The notes below the pieces were generated by a model, which worked only from the letters and a program-made list of their open reading frames with translations, did not search any database and had not been told where the DNA came from. This document shows, in pieces, positions 34,007 through 43,292 of a stretch of DNA of 64,000 nucleotides. Numbering within the stretch: position 1 is the first letter of the stretch; each line of letters starts with the position of its first letter. The translations under genes and the position numbers were made by a program. The stretch lies in NCBI GenBank assembly GCA_045587745.1, contig JAZNCU010000031.1, positions 2,330-66,329 of the forward strand, given 5' to 3'. Origin of the DNA: Eubacteriales bacterium. GTDB taxonomy: Bacteria; Bacillota; Clostridia; Oscillospirales; CAG-382.

Positions 34007-34588
34007 TTATTTTACAGAGTAGCCGAGCTCAAATGCACCGAGGTTGATATCGACGGTTTTTGGAGGGACGGTTGCTTTGATTGCGTTGATGCACTCGTCT
34101 TTGTCAAGACCGAGCACCGCTGCTGCTACGCCGAGCAGCACTATGTTAACCGATTTTGCGCTTCCTGCCCTGACCGCAAGGTCAAGCGCATCGCAGGAAA
34201 CGACGTTTACACCGAGCGCCGAGATGCCTTCCAGCACGTTCTCGGGGTACTCTGCGTTGCCCATAATAACAGGCATAGGCATAATCTCGGAGGTGTTGGA
34301 GATGATGGTTCCGCCCTTTTTGAGGTAAGAAAGCCATCTTGCGCTCTCGAGCGCCTCAAACGATATGATAACGTCGGCCTCGCCACGGCAGATAACAGGG
34401 GAATAAACCTTCTCGCCGGCACGGACGTATGTAACGACCGAACCGCCTCGCTGACTCATGCCGTGCACCTCGCCGACCTTTACGTCGTAGCCCGAATCGA
34501 TAAATATCTTACCCATCAGCTTGGAGGCGAGAAGCGTTCCCTGTCCTCCTACGCCGACAATAAGAATGTTAATGCTTTTGCTTTTCAT
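34007..34588 (-). CDS. iorB: indolepyruvate:ferredoxin oxidoreductase, beta subunit
   Basis: 193 aa. NILIVGVGGQGTLLASKL...GEVHGMSQRGGSV matches the POR gamma-like family. Confidence 0.85.
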   Translation of the reverse strand: MKSKSINILIVGVGGQGTLLASKLMGKIFIDSGYDVKVGEVHGMSQRGGSVVTYVRAGEKVYSPVICRGEADVIISFEALESARWLSYLKKGGTIISNTSEIMPMPVIMGNAEYPENVLEGISALGVNVVSCDALDLAVRAGSAKSVNIVLLGVAAAVLGLDKDECINAIKATVPPKTVDINLGAFELGYSVK

Positions 34589-34600
34589 TGTCCTACCTCC

Positions 34601-36349
34601 TTAAAGTGCACCGAACCTGCAGGCACAAGCGCAAACGCCGCATCCGAGGCACTGATTGGAGTCGATGACCGCCTTGGTTTTGCCCTCGGCGTTCTTAACG
34701 AACGAGATAGCGGGACAGCCCACCTGCATACACGCCTTGCATCCGATACATTTTTCGGTATCGACCTTGAGTGCGGGAGAATGCTTTACGTTTTTGAGAA
34801 GCGCACAGGGACGACGTGAGATAATGAGCGAGGGCTCCTCTGCCTCAAGCTCCTCACCTATAGCCGCCTCCGTCGCCTTTACGTCGTAGGGATCCACCAC
34901 ACGCACACGCTTGATTCCGATGGCGTGAGCAAGTGCGGTGAGATCGACCGCAGAGGTGGGATCGCCCTTGATGGTAAGACCGTTTAAGGGGTTGTTCTGA
35001 TGTCCCGTCATACCCGTGATGGAGTTGTCCAGCACGATAACGGTAGAGATACCCTTATTATATACTATGTCGATAAGACCGGTTATGCCCGAGTGGATAA
35101 AGGTCGAATCGCCTATAACGGCAACGCTCCTCTTTGCGCCCTCCTTGCCTACTGCGGTGTTGTAGCCGTGAAGCGCGCTGACCGATGCACCCATACAAAC
35201 GCAGGTATCCATCATTGCAAGCGGTGCCTGCGCACCGAGTGTGTAGCAGCCTATATCTCCGCTGACGTAGGGCTTGTATTTTTTGAGCGCATAGTACAGA
35301 CCTCTGTGAGGACAGCCTGCACAAAGCACGGGAGGACGGCCGGGCACTGCGCCCTCAAACTGCACGTACTCCTGCTTTTTACCGAGAATGACCTCGGCTA
35401 TCATTTCCTGATTATACTCACCGAACAGCGGAAACGCTCTCGGCTCAACAGGGATGCCGTTCCTCTCACAATGAGTCTGGATAATATCGTCGAGCTCCTC
35501 GATAACGTAAACCTTCTTTACCCTGGAGGCAAACTCCCTGATAATGCTTACGGGGAGAGGATTTACGAGCCCGAGACGGAGATAGCTTGCGCTCTCGCCG
35601 AGCGCCTCACGTGCGTACATATAGGTACTGCCTGCGGCAATAACTCCGATCTCGTCCGAGTAATACTCAACGCTGTTTACTCCTGCGTCAAACGCCTCCT
35701 TCTCGCCCCACTCGATAAGAGCGTTCATGCGGTTTTCGACCTTGACTCTTGCGGCACGTGCCATTGCGGGCATCATAACGTTTTTGAGAACGTCCTTTTT
35801 GTATTCCTTGTTGGGGATCTCGGCTCTGTCCGAAAGGCTCACAAGCGAGCGAGAGTGACTGATCCTCGTCGAAAGACGGAGCAGCACGGGAGTATCGTGC
35901 TTTTCCGAAAGCTCATATGCGATTTTTGTAAAATCGAGCGCACTCTTACTGTCGTAGATCTCGAGCATAGGAACCTTTGCCGCAATAGCGTGGCGGCGGG
36001 AATCCTGCTCGTTCTGGGAGGAGTGCATTCCGGGATCGTCGGCAACGGCGCATACCATTCCCCCGCCCACTCCGATATATGATGCGGTATACAGAGGATC
36101 GGCGGCAACGTTGAGTCCGACGTGCTTCATCGCACAAAACGACCTTGCGCCGCCAAAGGATGCGCCGATCGCAACCTCAAATGCAACCTTTTCGTTGGGC
36201 GCCCATTCGGAATACATCTCATCGTATTTCGATGCCGCCTCGGTTATCTCGGTGCTGGGAGTGCCGGGGTAGGAGGAAATAACCTTGACTCCTGCCTCGT
36301 AAAGTCCTCTTGCGACCGCCTCGTTACCGAGCAATAATTTCTTTTCCAT
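34601..36349 (-). CDS. iorA: indolepyruvate:ferredoxin oxidoreductase, alpha subunit
   Basis: LLLGNEAVARG..EAGV.V.SSYPGTPSTEI, the TPP-binding GDSTF.HSG, and two C-terminal 4Fe-4S motifs (CIGCKACMQVGCP and CLGCGVCACAC). Confidence 0.9.
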   Translation of the reverse strand: MEKKLLLGNEAVARGLYEAGVKVISSYPGTPSTEITEAASKYDEMYSEWAPNEKVAFEVAIGASFGGARSFCAMKHVGLNVAADPLYTASYIGVGGGMVCAVADDPGMHSSQNEQDSRRHAIAAKVPMLEIYDSKSALDFTKIAYELSEKHDTPVLLRLSTRISHSRSLVSLSDRAEIPNKEYKKDVLKNVMMPAMARAARVKVENRMNALIEWGEKEAFDAGVNSVEYYSDEIGVIAAGSTYMYAREALGESASYLRLGLVNPLPVSIIREFASRVKKVYVIEELDDIIQTHCERNGIPVEPRAFPLFGEYNQEMIAEVILGKKQEYVQFEGAVPGRPPVLCAGCPHRGLYYALKKYKPYVSGDIGCYTLGAQAPLAMMDTCVCMGASVSALHGYNTAVGKEGAKRSVAVIGDSTFIHSGITGLIDIVYNKGISTVIVLDNSITGMTGHQNNPLNGLTIKGDPTSAVDLTALAHAIGIKRVRVVDPYDVKATEAAIGEELEAEEPSLIISRRPCALLKNVKHSPALKVDTEKCIGCKACMQVGCPAISFVKNAEGKTKAVIDSNQCLGCGVCACACRFGAL

Positions 36350-36358
36350 AAAAACCTC

Positions 36359-37678
36359 TTATTTGTTTCTCAGATCGAGCACACGCTTTGCTTTGCCCGT
36401 AAAGCGCTCGATGGAGTTGGGCTCGACGAGATTAACCTTGATCTCGATTCCGAGAATATTTCGGATATTGTCGTGGATACGCTTCTGGAGCGCAACAAGC
36501 TCGCCGTAGCGGTCAAGCAGACTGCCGTCCACGAGCTCTACCTGTACCTCGAGACTGTCGGAATAACCCTCTCGTCTGAGCACGAGCAGATAGTTGGGGC
36601 TGATTCCGCTGATGCCGATAAGCGCACTCTCGACCTGAGTCGGGAACACATTTACTCCGCGCACCTTGATCATATCGTCGCTTCTGCCGATGATCTTGTG
36701 CATTCTTGCGCTCGTTCTTCCGCAGGCACAGGGCTCGTAGTTGATGCTGGTAATATCCTTGGTGCGGTATCTGAGCATAGGAAGCGCACGTTTTGTCAGG
36801 TTGGTAACGACGAGCTCGCCCGTCTCGCCCTTATCGAGCACGTTGCCCGTGGCAGAGTCGATCGTCTCGCACAGGAAATGGTCCTCGCATATATGGAGTC
36901 CGTCCCTGTACAGGCACTCGCCCGACATACCGGGTCCGTTAAGCTCGCTCATTCCGTAGTTGTCGGTACAGAAAAGACCCGTGCCCCAATGCTTTTCAAT
37001 CTCGTCGCGCATCTCGGGGGTGCTGCCCTCGCTGCCGAGTATTCCGTATTTGAGCTTGTACATATCCATAGGATATTTGTCCTGCATTGCCCTTGCCGAC
37101 TCGGCGAGATACATACAGTAGGAGGGAGTTGCAACGATAGCATCGGTCCCGAAATCACGCATAAATTTGAGCTGCTTCTCGGTATTGCCCGATGAGCAGG
37201 GAACGATCACGGCACCGATTTTTTCGAGTCCGTAATGCAAGCCGAGTGCGCCCGTAAACATACCGTAGCCAAAGCAGATCTGAACGATAGTGCTCTCGCT
37301 TGCTCCTGCGGCAACCGCAAGGCGCGCAACCTGATCCGACCAGTTCTCAAGATCCTCACGGGTGTATCCCACAACGGTAGGGTTACCCGTCGTGCCCGAG
37401 GAGGCGTGCAGGCGCACTATCTTCTCCTTGGGCACCGAGAACATTCCAAACGGATAGGTGTCCCTGAGGTCGTCCTTGGTGGTATAGGGTATGTACTGAA
37501 TATCCGAGAGCTGCTTTATCTTATCTGCCGTAACGCCTGCCTTTGCGAGACGTTTGGAGTAGAACTCGGAATTTTTTTCGCAGTAGTCAACGAGCGCCTT
37601 GAGCCTCTCAAGCTGAAGTGCCTCCAGCTCCTTTCGGGGCATACACTCTATATTTTTGTCATAAATCCTGTTTTCCAT
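36359..37678 (-). CDS. paaK: phenylacetate-CoA ligase family (aryl-acid CoA ligase), copy 1
   Basis: ECMPRKELEALQLERLKALV, LHASSGTTGNPTVV and TGKAKRVLDLR. Its ATG abuts the symporter stop (TAAATG). Confidence 0.85.
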   Translation of the reverse strand: MENRIYDKNIECMPRKELEALQLERLKALVDYCEKNSEFYSKRLAKAGVTADKIKQLSDIQYIPYTTKDDLRDTYPFGMFSVPKEKIVRLHASSGTTGNPTVVGYTREDLENWSDQVARLAVAAGASESTIVQICFGYGMFTGALGLHYGLEKIGAVIVPCSSGNTEKQLKFMRDFGTDAIVATPSYCMYLAESARAMQDKYPMDMYKLKYGILGSEGSTPEMRDEIEKHWGTGLFCTDNYGMSELNGPGMSGECLYRDGLHICEDHFLCETIDSATGNVLDKGETGELVVTNLTKRALPMLRYRTKDITSINYEPCACGRTSARMHKIIGRSDDMIKVRGVNVFPTQVESALIGISGISPNYLLVLRREGYSDSLEVQVELVDGSLLDRYGELVALQKRIHDNIRNILGIEIKVNLVEPNSIERFTGKAKRVLDLRNK

Positions 37679-39166
37679 TTATGCCTCCTGTGAAGCAGAT
37701 TTGGGAATTTTATTTTTTTCAAGTGCGCTTGCCGCAAATACAAGAATAAGCGAAACCGCCATAGCAAGGCAGGCAAAATGCGGACCCATATCCATCAGCT
37801 TTCCGAAACCGCCGACAGTAATATTCCAGCCTGCAAGCTTTGCCGCAAGAGGCGGAACGGCAACTATAAAGCCGCCTATCATCGAAGCCCACGCACCTGC
37901 CCTCGTGATGCCCTTCCAATAGAGCGAAACGGCGTACGGAGCAAGGAAGCAGCCTGCGATAATGCCCCAGGAATAGCTCATCATATCAAGAATGGGAGTT
38001 CCGTCACCCCAAACGGCGAGAACAAACGAGAGAACCACAAAAAGCATACAGGCGATTTTTGTCATGCCCGCAACGTTTTTGTTCTTGTCCTTGATAAATA
38101 CCTCACGGACGAGATCCATCGTAAGAGTAGATGCGGCAGTGATGGTGATAGAGGAAAGGGTCGAAACCGACGCCGCAATAAGCAGAACGAGCACGATTCC
38201 CACAAGCACGTCGGCAAGTCCTGCGGTAGCAAGCATATTCGGAACGAGATAATCGGTGCCGCCCTCGGGAAGCTCGCTGAAAAAGAGATGCGACAGCGAG
38301 CCGATAAGATAACCGCCGCCGGCAACAACAAGCGAGAACACGGTGGAAATAACGGTTGCACGCTTTACCTCGTGGTCGTCCTTGATTCCGTAATATTTAT
38401 GGATCATCTGCGGAAGTCCCCAGGTTCCAAACGAGGTCATAAGCACGGTTGCCCAAAGTCCGACGTGAGCAAAAGCGTTCAGCCCGAGCTCCTCCGTTTC
38501 GGCGGCAATGCGTGAAAAGCCCTCCGAGAGTCCGCCCACCGCATCACTGCGGAGCACGGCGGCTATAAGGCACATAACGCCGACGAGCATTACCGCACCC
38601 TGGAAAAAATCCGCCTTGAGAGCCGCAATATAACCGCCCGCAACGACGATAACCGCACTTGCGGCGGCAATGACTATCATACATACCAACTCGTCCACGC
38701 CGAGAAGCACCGAGCAAACGCTGGTAAGTCCTTTATAAACCGATGCCGAATAGGGAATGAGGAAAATGAATATCACTATTGCCGAAAAAAGCTTCATGGC
38801 TCTTGAGCCAAAGGTTTTTTCAAAAAACTGAGGCATTGATTTTATCTTGTTTTCACGGGTGAAGGTACGGGTCCTTTTTGCAAGCAGGAGCCAAGCAACG
38901 AGCGTGCCGATGATAGCGTTTCCGATTCCGGGAAGCACACCCCATATTCCGTACTTCCAGCCGGTTCCGCCGGCATAGCCGATAAACATAACCGCCGAAA
39001 AATATGCGGTGCCGTACGAGAATGCCGACATCCATGCGCCTGCACTGCGTCCCCCGACGACATAATCGCCCATACTTTTTGTCTGCTTGTTGCTGGCAAA
39101 GCCGATAGCGGCGATAAAAATCACGTAGCTGCATATAGTAAGCCAGATTATTTGCTCCCGTGTCAT
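37679..39166 (-). CDS. sodium:solute symporter (SSS) family transporter
   Basis: 495 aa with about 13 TM segments. The N-terminal YVVGGRSAGAWMSAFSYGTAYFSAVMFIGYAG is typical of PanF/PutP-like SSS proteins. An AGGAGG RBS is present. Confidence 0.8.
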   Translation of the reverse strand: MTREQIIWLTICSYVIFIAAIGFASNKQTKSMGDYVVGGRSAGAWMSAFSYGTAYFSAVMFIGYAGGTGWKYGIWGVLPGIGNAIIGTLVAWLLLAKRTRTFTRENKIKSMPQFFEKTFGSRAMKLFSAIVIFIFLIPYSASVYKGLTSVCSVLLGVDELVCMIVIAAASAVIVVAGGYIAALKADFFQGAVMLVGVMCLIAAVLRSDAVGGLSEGFSRIAAETEELGLNAFAHVGLWATVLMTSFGTWGLPQMIHKYYGIKDDHEVKRATVISTVFSLVVAGGGYLIGSLSHLFFSELPEGGTDYLVPNMLATAGLADVLVGIVLVLLIAASVSTLSSITITAASTLTMDLVREVFIKDKNKNVAGMTKIACMLFVVLSFVLAVWGDGTPILDMMSYSWGIIAGCFLAPYAVSLYWKGITRAGAWASMIGGFIVAVPPLAAKLAGWNITVGGFGKLMDMGPHFACLAMAVSLILVFAASALEKNKIPKSASQEA

Positions 39167-39271
39167 TGGTTCCTCCTGCTGCCGACTGCTTTTTTCCGAT
39201 CACGGAAAAAGCAGGGCAAAAAACTTCTCCGCGCGGGCGCCTGAGTGCGCCCGTGCGAGTATTTGTGAAAG

Positions 39272-39300
39272 ATTATACCCCCGCTGTTTGCAAAAAGCAA
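39272..39300 (-). promoter_or_regulatory. promoter of the symporter/PaaK/Ior operon
   Basis: On the minus strand: TTGCTT (39300-39295), a 17-bp spacer, then TATAAT (39277-39272). It predicts a leader of about 100 nt. Confidence 0.45.
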
Positions 39301-39320
39301 GATAAAATCGCTAAAAACAA

Positions 39321-39352
39321 AGGCTTTTTGTATAAAAAATGACAAAAAGCCT
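39321..39352. terminator. bidirectional intrinsic terminator after nrdR
   Basis: Perfect 11-bp stem AGGCTTTTTGT / ACAAAAAGCCT with a 10-nt loop and A/T runs on both sides. Confidence 0.7.
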
Positions 39353-39417
39353 CAAAAAATTTCATTTTCAGGGGGTTTGCCTGTGTTATTACTGCAACAA
39401 GAACGCAAAAGCCGTAA

Positions 39418-39873
39418 TTATTTCTCGGCAAGCATTCTCTTGAGCTCGTCCATAAATGCGCCTATATCCTTAAACTGACGGTAAACCGAGGCAAAGCGTA
39501 TATAAGCAACCTCGTCCAGTCCCTTCAGCTTTTCCATAACCAGCTCGCCGATACGGGTAGTGGTGATCTCGTGCTGAAGCGAGTTGTGGAGCGCACTCTC
39601 GATTTCCGATACGGCATCGTCCATCTGCTCGAGCGTTACCTGACGCTTGTCGCAGGCACGGATGATGCTGTTGAGTATCTTATTGCGGTCAAACGCCTCA
39701 CGTGACTGATCCTTTTTGATGACGATGAGAGGAAGCGTTTCGATGTTTTCGTAGGTGGTAAATCTTTTTTGACATTCAAGACATTCTCTTCTGCGTCTGA
39801 TAGAGCTTCCGTCAGAGGAGGGGCGTGAATCAATAACCTTGCTCTCAATATTTCCGCATATCGGGCATTTCAT
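39418..39873 (-). CDS. nrdR: transcriptional repressor NrdR
   Basis: [16 protein letters not shown].......RRRRECL.C..RFTTYE (zinc ribbon) followed by an ATP-cone. Confidence 0.95.
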   Translation of the reverse strand: MKCPICGNIESKVIDSRPSSDGSSIRRRRECLECQKRFTTYENIETLPLIVIKKDQSREAFDRNKILNSIIRACDKRQVTLEQMDDAVSEIESALHNSLQHEITTTRIGELVMEKLKGLDEVAYIRFASVYRQFKDIGAFMDELKRMLAEK

Positions 39874-39917
39874 TGGGTGTTCCTCCTATAAAAAATATAA
39901 CTGTTGCATTTGGGATG

Positions 39918-39946
39918 ATTTTATCACAAAAAGATCGGTTTGTAAA
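39918..39946 (-). promoter_or_regulatory. nrdR promoter
   Basis: On the minus strand: TTTACA, a 17-bp spacer, then TGaTAAAAT (extended -10). Confidence 0.4.
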
Positions 39947-39990
39947 GACTTTTGATAAATTATGATTATTTTATGCCGTTTTACGCAAAA

Positions 39991-40022
39991 AATCCGCCCC
40001 TGCCAAGCGGCAAGGGCGGATT
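39991..40022 (-). terminator. intrinsic terminator after the repeat-protein gene
   Basis: On the minus strand, AATCCGCCCTTGCC-gctt-GGCAGGGGCGGATT (one mismatch) is followed by TTTTTGCG. Confidence 0.65.
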
Positions 40023-40034
40023 AAACGGGTCGGA

Positions 40035-40970
40035 TTATTTTTTGTTTTTAATAACGATAACTACGACTACAGCCGCAACCACGACCACGCCGATAACGAT
40101 CCAGAGCCATACAAGGCTTCCGCCGTCGTTGTCGCCGTCAGCCGTCTCGGACTCGGCTTCGGATACCGATGCGGACTCGGCCTTGGATGCCGATTCGGAT
40201 TCGGTCTCGTTGGCAGATTCCTCGGATTCCTCTACCGACTCCTCGGCGGATTCCTCTGCAGACTCCTCGGCAGACTCCTCAGCGGATTCCTCAGCGGATT
40301 CCTCGGTAGACTCCTCGGGCTCGCTCGGCTCATCCTCGTTTACGGTAGGCTCGGGACGAACCTCACCGATTCCCTCAACGGTGTCCGAAACACCTATGTA
40401 GTAGCGGTAGATGGTGAGCTTTGCGCCAACGTTTCCGGTAATTGTATAGGTGATATCAACAAAGCGGTGCATACCGTCATCGAACACCTTTGCATCGGAG
40501 CTTGCTACATAATTACCCCAGTTCCAAATAACGTAGCCGTCGCCCTTGGAAACCGCATAGGAGGCATATTCAGCCGCCTCCATAGAGGAGAGGTAAAGAT
40601 CGGCAAAGGTGCCTGCGGCCTCTTTGTCCTTACGGGTATAGTGAGCGAGCGCCTGAAGGGTTGCGCCGTCGGCAGAGCCGTAATCGACTACTGCGTATGC
40701 GCCCTCCCGGACGTCGATCTCCTCGCCGCTGAGAACGGTGCCGTTTGAAACGAGAGTAACAGTAACGGTAGCGGTAGCCTGCTCGAGAGTAACGGTAACC
40801 GAGCCGTCAAAATTGTAATCGAGCGTACATCCGCTGTAAGAAAGCTCGTCGTTAGCCATTTCCGATGTGGGAAGGAGGTTAATTGCAATCTCCTCCTCGG
40901 CAGCTGCCACGGGAACAAAAAGCACGAGCACAAGAGAAGCAACAATAAGTGCAGTAATAATTTTTTTCAT
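40035..40970 (-). CDS. surface-anchored hypothetical protein with an acidic (EESx)8 tandem repeat
   Basis: Signal peptide (MKKIITALIVASLVLVLFVPVAAA) and a globular region of about 200 aa. An EES[TAVE] x8 repeat, a Ser/Glu/Ala tract, a C-terminal TM helix and KNKK follow. Confidence 0.55.
   Translation of the reverse strand: MKKIITALIVASLVLVLFVPVAAAEEEIAINLLPTSEMANDELSYSGCTLDYNFDGSVTVTLEQATATVTVTLVSNGTVLSGEEIDVREGAYAVVDYGSADGATLQALAHYTRKDKEAAGTFADLYLSSMEAAEYASYAVSKGDGYVIWNWGNYVASSDAKVFDDGMHRFVDITYTITGNVGAKLTIYRYYIGVSDTVEGIGEVRPEPTVNEDEPSEPEESTEESAEESAEESAEESAEESAEESVEESEESANETESESASKAESASVSEAESETADGDNDGGSLVWLWIVIGVVVVAAVVVVIVIKNKK
40221..40316 (-). repeat. 12-nt coding tandem repeat (eight EESx units)
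   Basis: On the plus strand it reads as imperfect GA(C/T)TCCTC(N)GC(N) units. Copies differ at synonymous or near-synonymous positions. Confidence 0.7.
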
Positions 40971-40993
40971 AACAAATCTCCTGTTTTTTGGAT

Positions 40994-42382
40994 TTATTTA
41001 TTGTTTTGAATATCCTCGTCAATTGCCTGTGCGGCGGTTTTTCCTGCGCCCATGGCAAGAATTACGGTTGCGGCGCCCGTTACGGCATCGCCGCCGGCAT
41101 AAACACGCCTGCGTGAGGTGCGTCCCATCTCATCGGCAATTATTCCGCCGAAGCGTGCTGTTTCAAGCCCCTCGGTGGTGGATTTTATAAGCGGATTGGG
41201 TGAGGTTCCGATAGCCATAATCACGGAGTCAACGTCGAGCGTGAACTCACTGCCCGCCTTGGGGGCGGGGCGTCTTCTGCCCGAGGCGTCCGGCTCGCCG
41301 AGCTCCATCTCAACGCACTCGATACCGGAAACAAAGCCGTTTTCACCCCTGAGAATACGCTTCGGGTTGGTGAGAAGTCTAAAGATAACTCCCTCCTCCT
41401 CGGCGTGCTCAACCTCCTCACGCCTTGCCGGAAGCTCCTCCATACTCCTGCGGTAAACGATGCTGACCTCCTCGGCGCCAAGCCTGAGAGCACATCTTGC
41501 AGCATCCATAGCAACGTTGCCTCCGCCTACTACCGCAACCCTTTTGGCACGGTAAACGGGAGTCTGGCTGTCATCGAGATACGCCTTCATCAGATTGATA
41601 CGGGTAAGAAACTCGTTTGCCGAGTAAACACCCTTGAGGTTCTCGCCCTCAATGCCCATAAACCTGGGAAGACCTGCGCCCGAACCGATAAATACCGCCT
41701 CGTAGCCCTCGTCAAAGAGCTCGTCGATCGACATCAGCCTGCCGACCACCGAATCGGTGCAGATCTCAACGCCGAGCGACTCGAGCGTTTTGACCTCCTT
41801 GGCAACGATCTCCTTGGGCAAACGGAACTGCGGAATGCCGTAAACGAGAACTCCGCCCGCAACGTGCAAAGCCTCAAAAACCGTTACGGAGTAACCCTTT
41901 TTTGCCAAATCGCCTGCACAGGTAAGTCCTGCCGGGCCCGAGCCGACAACGGCTACTCTGTGCCCGTTGGGGGCAGGTCTTTCGGCAGTGGCAGATGCGT
42001 GCCCGTTATGGTAATCGGCAACGAATCTCTCAAGCCTTCCGATAGCAACCGGCTCACCCTTTATGCCGCGAACACAATGCTTTTCGCACTGGCTCTCCTG
42101 GGGGCAGACACGTCCGCAAACCGCAGGAAGCGAGCTTGAGCGAGAGATGACCTCGTATGCCTTTTCGAACTCACCGTTTGCAACGTGCGCGATAAACTCG
42201 GGAATGGAAATGCTTACAGGACAGCCCGAAACACAGGGCATATTTTTACAGCCGAGGCAACGCTTTGCCTCGTCGATCGCCTGCTCGGCGGTATAGCCGA
42301 GTGCCACCTCGCCAAAATTGTTTTTTCTTACAGAGGGCTCCTGAACGGGCATCTCGTTCTTTTTTAGCGACATATTTGCCAT
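40994..42382 (-). CDS. nfnB: NADPH-dependent glutamate-synthase-small-chain-like flavoprotein (NfnB-type subunit)
   Basis: CLGCKNMPC...CPV and CGRVCPQESQCEKHC (Fe-S sites), VAVVGSGPAGLTCA and VAVVGGGNVAMD (two dinucleotide folds). It is paired with a PyrK-like subunit. Confidence 0.8.
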   Translation of the reverse strand: MANMSLKKNEMPVQEPSVRKNNFGEVALGYTAEQAIDEAKRCLGCKNMPCVSGCPVSISIPEFIAHVANGEFEKAYEVISRSSSLPAVCGRVCPQESQCEKHCVRGIKGEPVAIGRLERFVADYHNGHASATAERPAPNGHRVAVVGSGPAGLTCAGDLAKKGYSVTVFEALHVAGGVLVYGIPQFRLPKEIVAKEVKTLESLGVEICTDSVVGRLMSIDELFDEGYEAVFIGSGAGLPRFMGIEGENLKGVYSANEFLTRINLMKAYLDDSQTPVYRAKRVAVVGGGNVAMDAARCALRLGAEEVSIVYRRSMEELPARREEVEHAEEEGVIFRLLTNPKRILRGENGFVSGIECVEMELGEPDASGRRRPAPKAGSEFTLDVDSVIMAIGTSPNPLIKSTTEGLETARFGGIIADEMGRTSRRRVYAGGDAVTGAATVILAMGAGKTAAQAIDEDIQNNK

Positions 42383-42385
42383 CGT

Positions 42386-43228
42386 TCATTCCTCCTCCTT
42401 TTTGAGAAGATTGCAGGTCTCCTCGTATCTGTGTCTCTCAAAATCACGGTACATCGAGGACCTTTCCATCGCCTCGTCAAAATCAACGAGGTGTCCGTCG
42501 AACTCGGGACCGTCAACGCAGGCGAATTTAACCTCGCCGCCCACGGTAAGACGGCATCCGCCGCACATTCCCGTTCCGTCGATCATAACCGGGTTCATGC
42601 TGACGACCGTTTTAATGCCGTACTCCTTGGTAAGACGGCAAACGAATTTCATCATAACGAGCGGTCCGATTGCGATAACCTCATCGTACTGCTCTCCGCT
42701 CTCGATAAGAGCCCTGAGCGCATCGGTAACGAGTCCTTTTTCGCCTGCGCTTCCGTCATCGGTCATAAGAACGTACTTACTGCTGACCGCGCGGAAATCA
42801 TCCTCGAGAATAACGAGATCTTTACTACGGAAGCCTACTACCGTATGCACCTCCGCACCCTCGGAGAACAGCTTTTTGGCAACGGGGTAAGCTATAGCGC
42901 ATCCCACGCCGCCGCCGATCACGGCAACCTTTTTCAGTCCCTCGGTCTCGGTGGGTTTGCCGAGAGGACCGACGAAGGAGGCGATGCAATCCCCCTCGTT
43001 TTTTGTATCGAGAAGCATAGTGGATGCTCCCACCTTTTGATAGATAACGGTGACGGTTCCTGCCTCGGAATTGCAATCGGCAACCGTAAGAGGAACCCTC
43101 TCGCCGCACTCATCAACACGAAGAATAACGAACTGGCCCGGCTGTGCCTTTGCCGCCACCCGGGGGGCAAGGACGTCGATACGGGTGACCGTCGGATTAA
43201 GGACGGTTTTTGAAATGATCTTAAACAT
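42386..43228 (-). CDS. nfnA: sulfide/dihydroorotate-dehydrogenase-like FAD/NAD-binding subunit (NfnA-type)
   Basis: 280 aa with QPGQFVILRV (FAD-binding), VIGGGVGCA, and the C-terminal 2Fe-2S-type cysteines GTGMCGGCR...C. Confidence 0.8.
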   Translation of the reverse strand: MFKIISKTVLNPTVTRIDVLAPRVAAKAQPGQFVILRVDECGERVPLTVADCNSEAGTVTVIYQKVGASTMLLDTKNEGDCIASFVGPLGKPTETEGLKKVAVIGGGVGCAIAYPVAKKLFSEGAEVHTVVGFRSKDLVILEDDFRAVSSKYVLMTDDGSAGEKGLVTDALRALIESGEQYDEVIAIGPLVMMKFVCRLTKEYGIKTVVSMNPVMIDGTGMCGGCRLTVGGEVKFACVDGPEFDGHLVDFDEAMERSSMYRDFERHRYEETCNLLKKEEE

Positions 43229-43292
43229 ATCTGACCTCGAAAAGCTGTATGAAATGAGCCGATATCACAGCACTTTAACTTACTATTGCGTT

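Noticed and set aside
39160-39345. Two 60-aa ORFs on opposite strands in the nrdR/symporter intergenic region
   Set aside because: They overlap each other, the nrdR terminator and the predicted promoter and leader. They have no RBS, and the region is better explained as regulatory RNA/DNA.
40221-40316. Short tandem DNA repeats (also at 60273-60347 and 60348-60959) considered as a possible CRISPR array
   Set aside because: The units are 12, 6 or about 63 nt with no unique spacers. They are in frame inside long ORFs and translate to regular peptide repeats. No cas genes are present.
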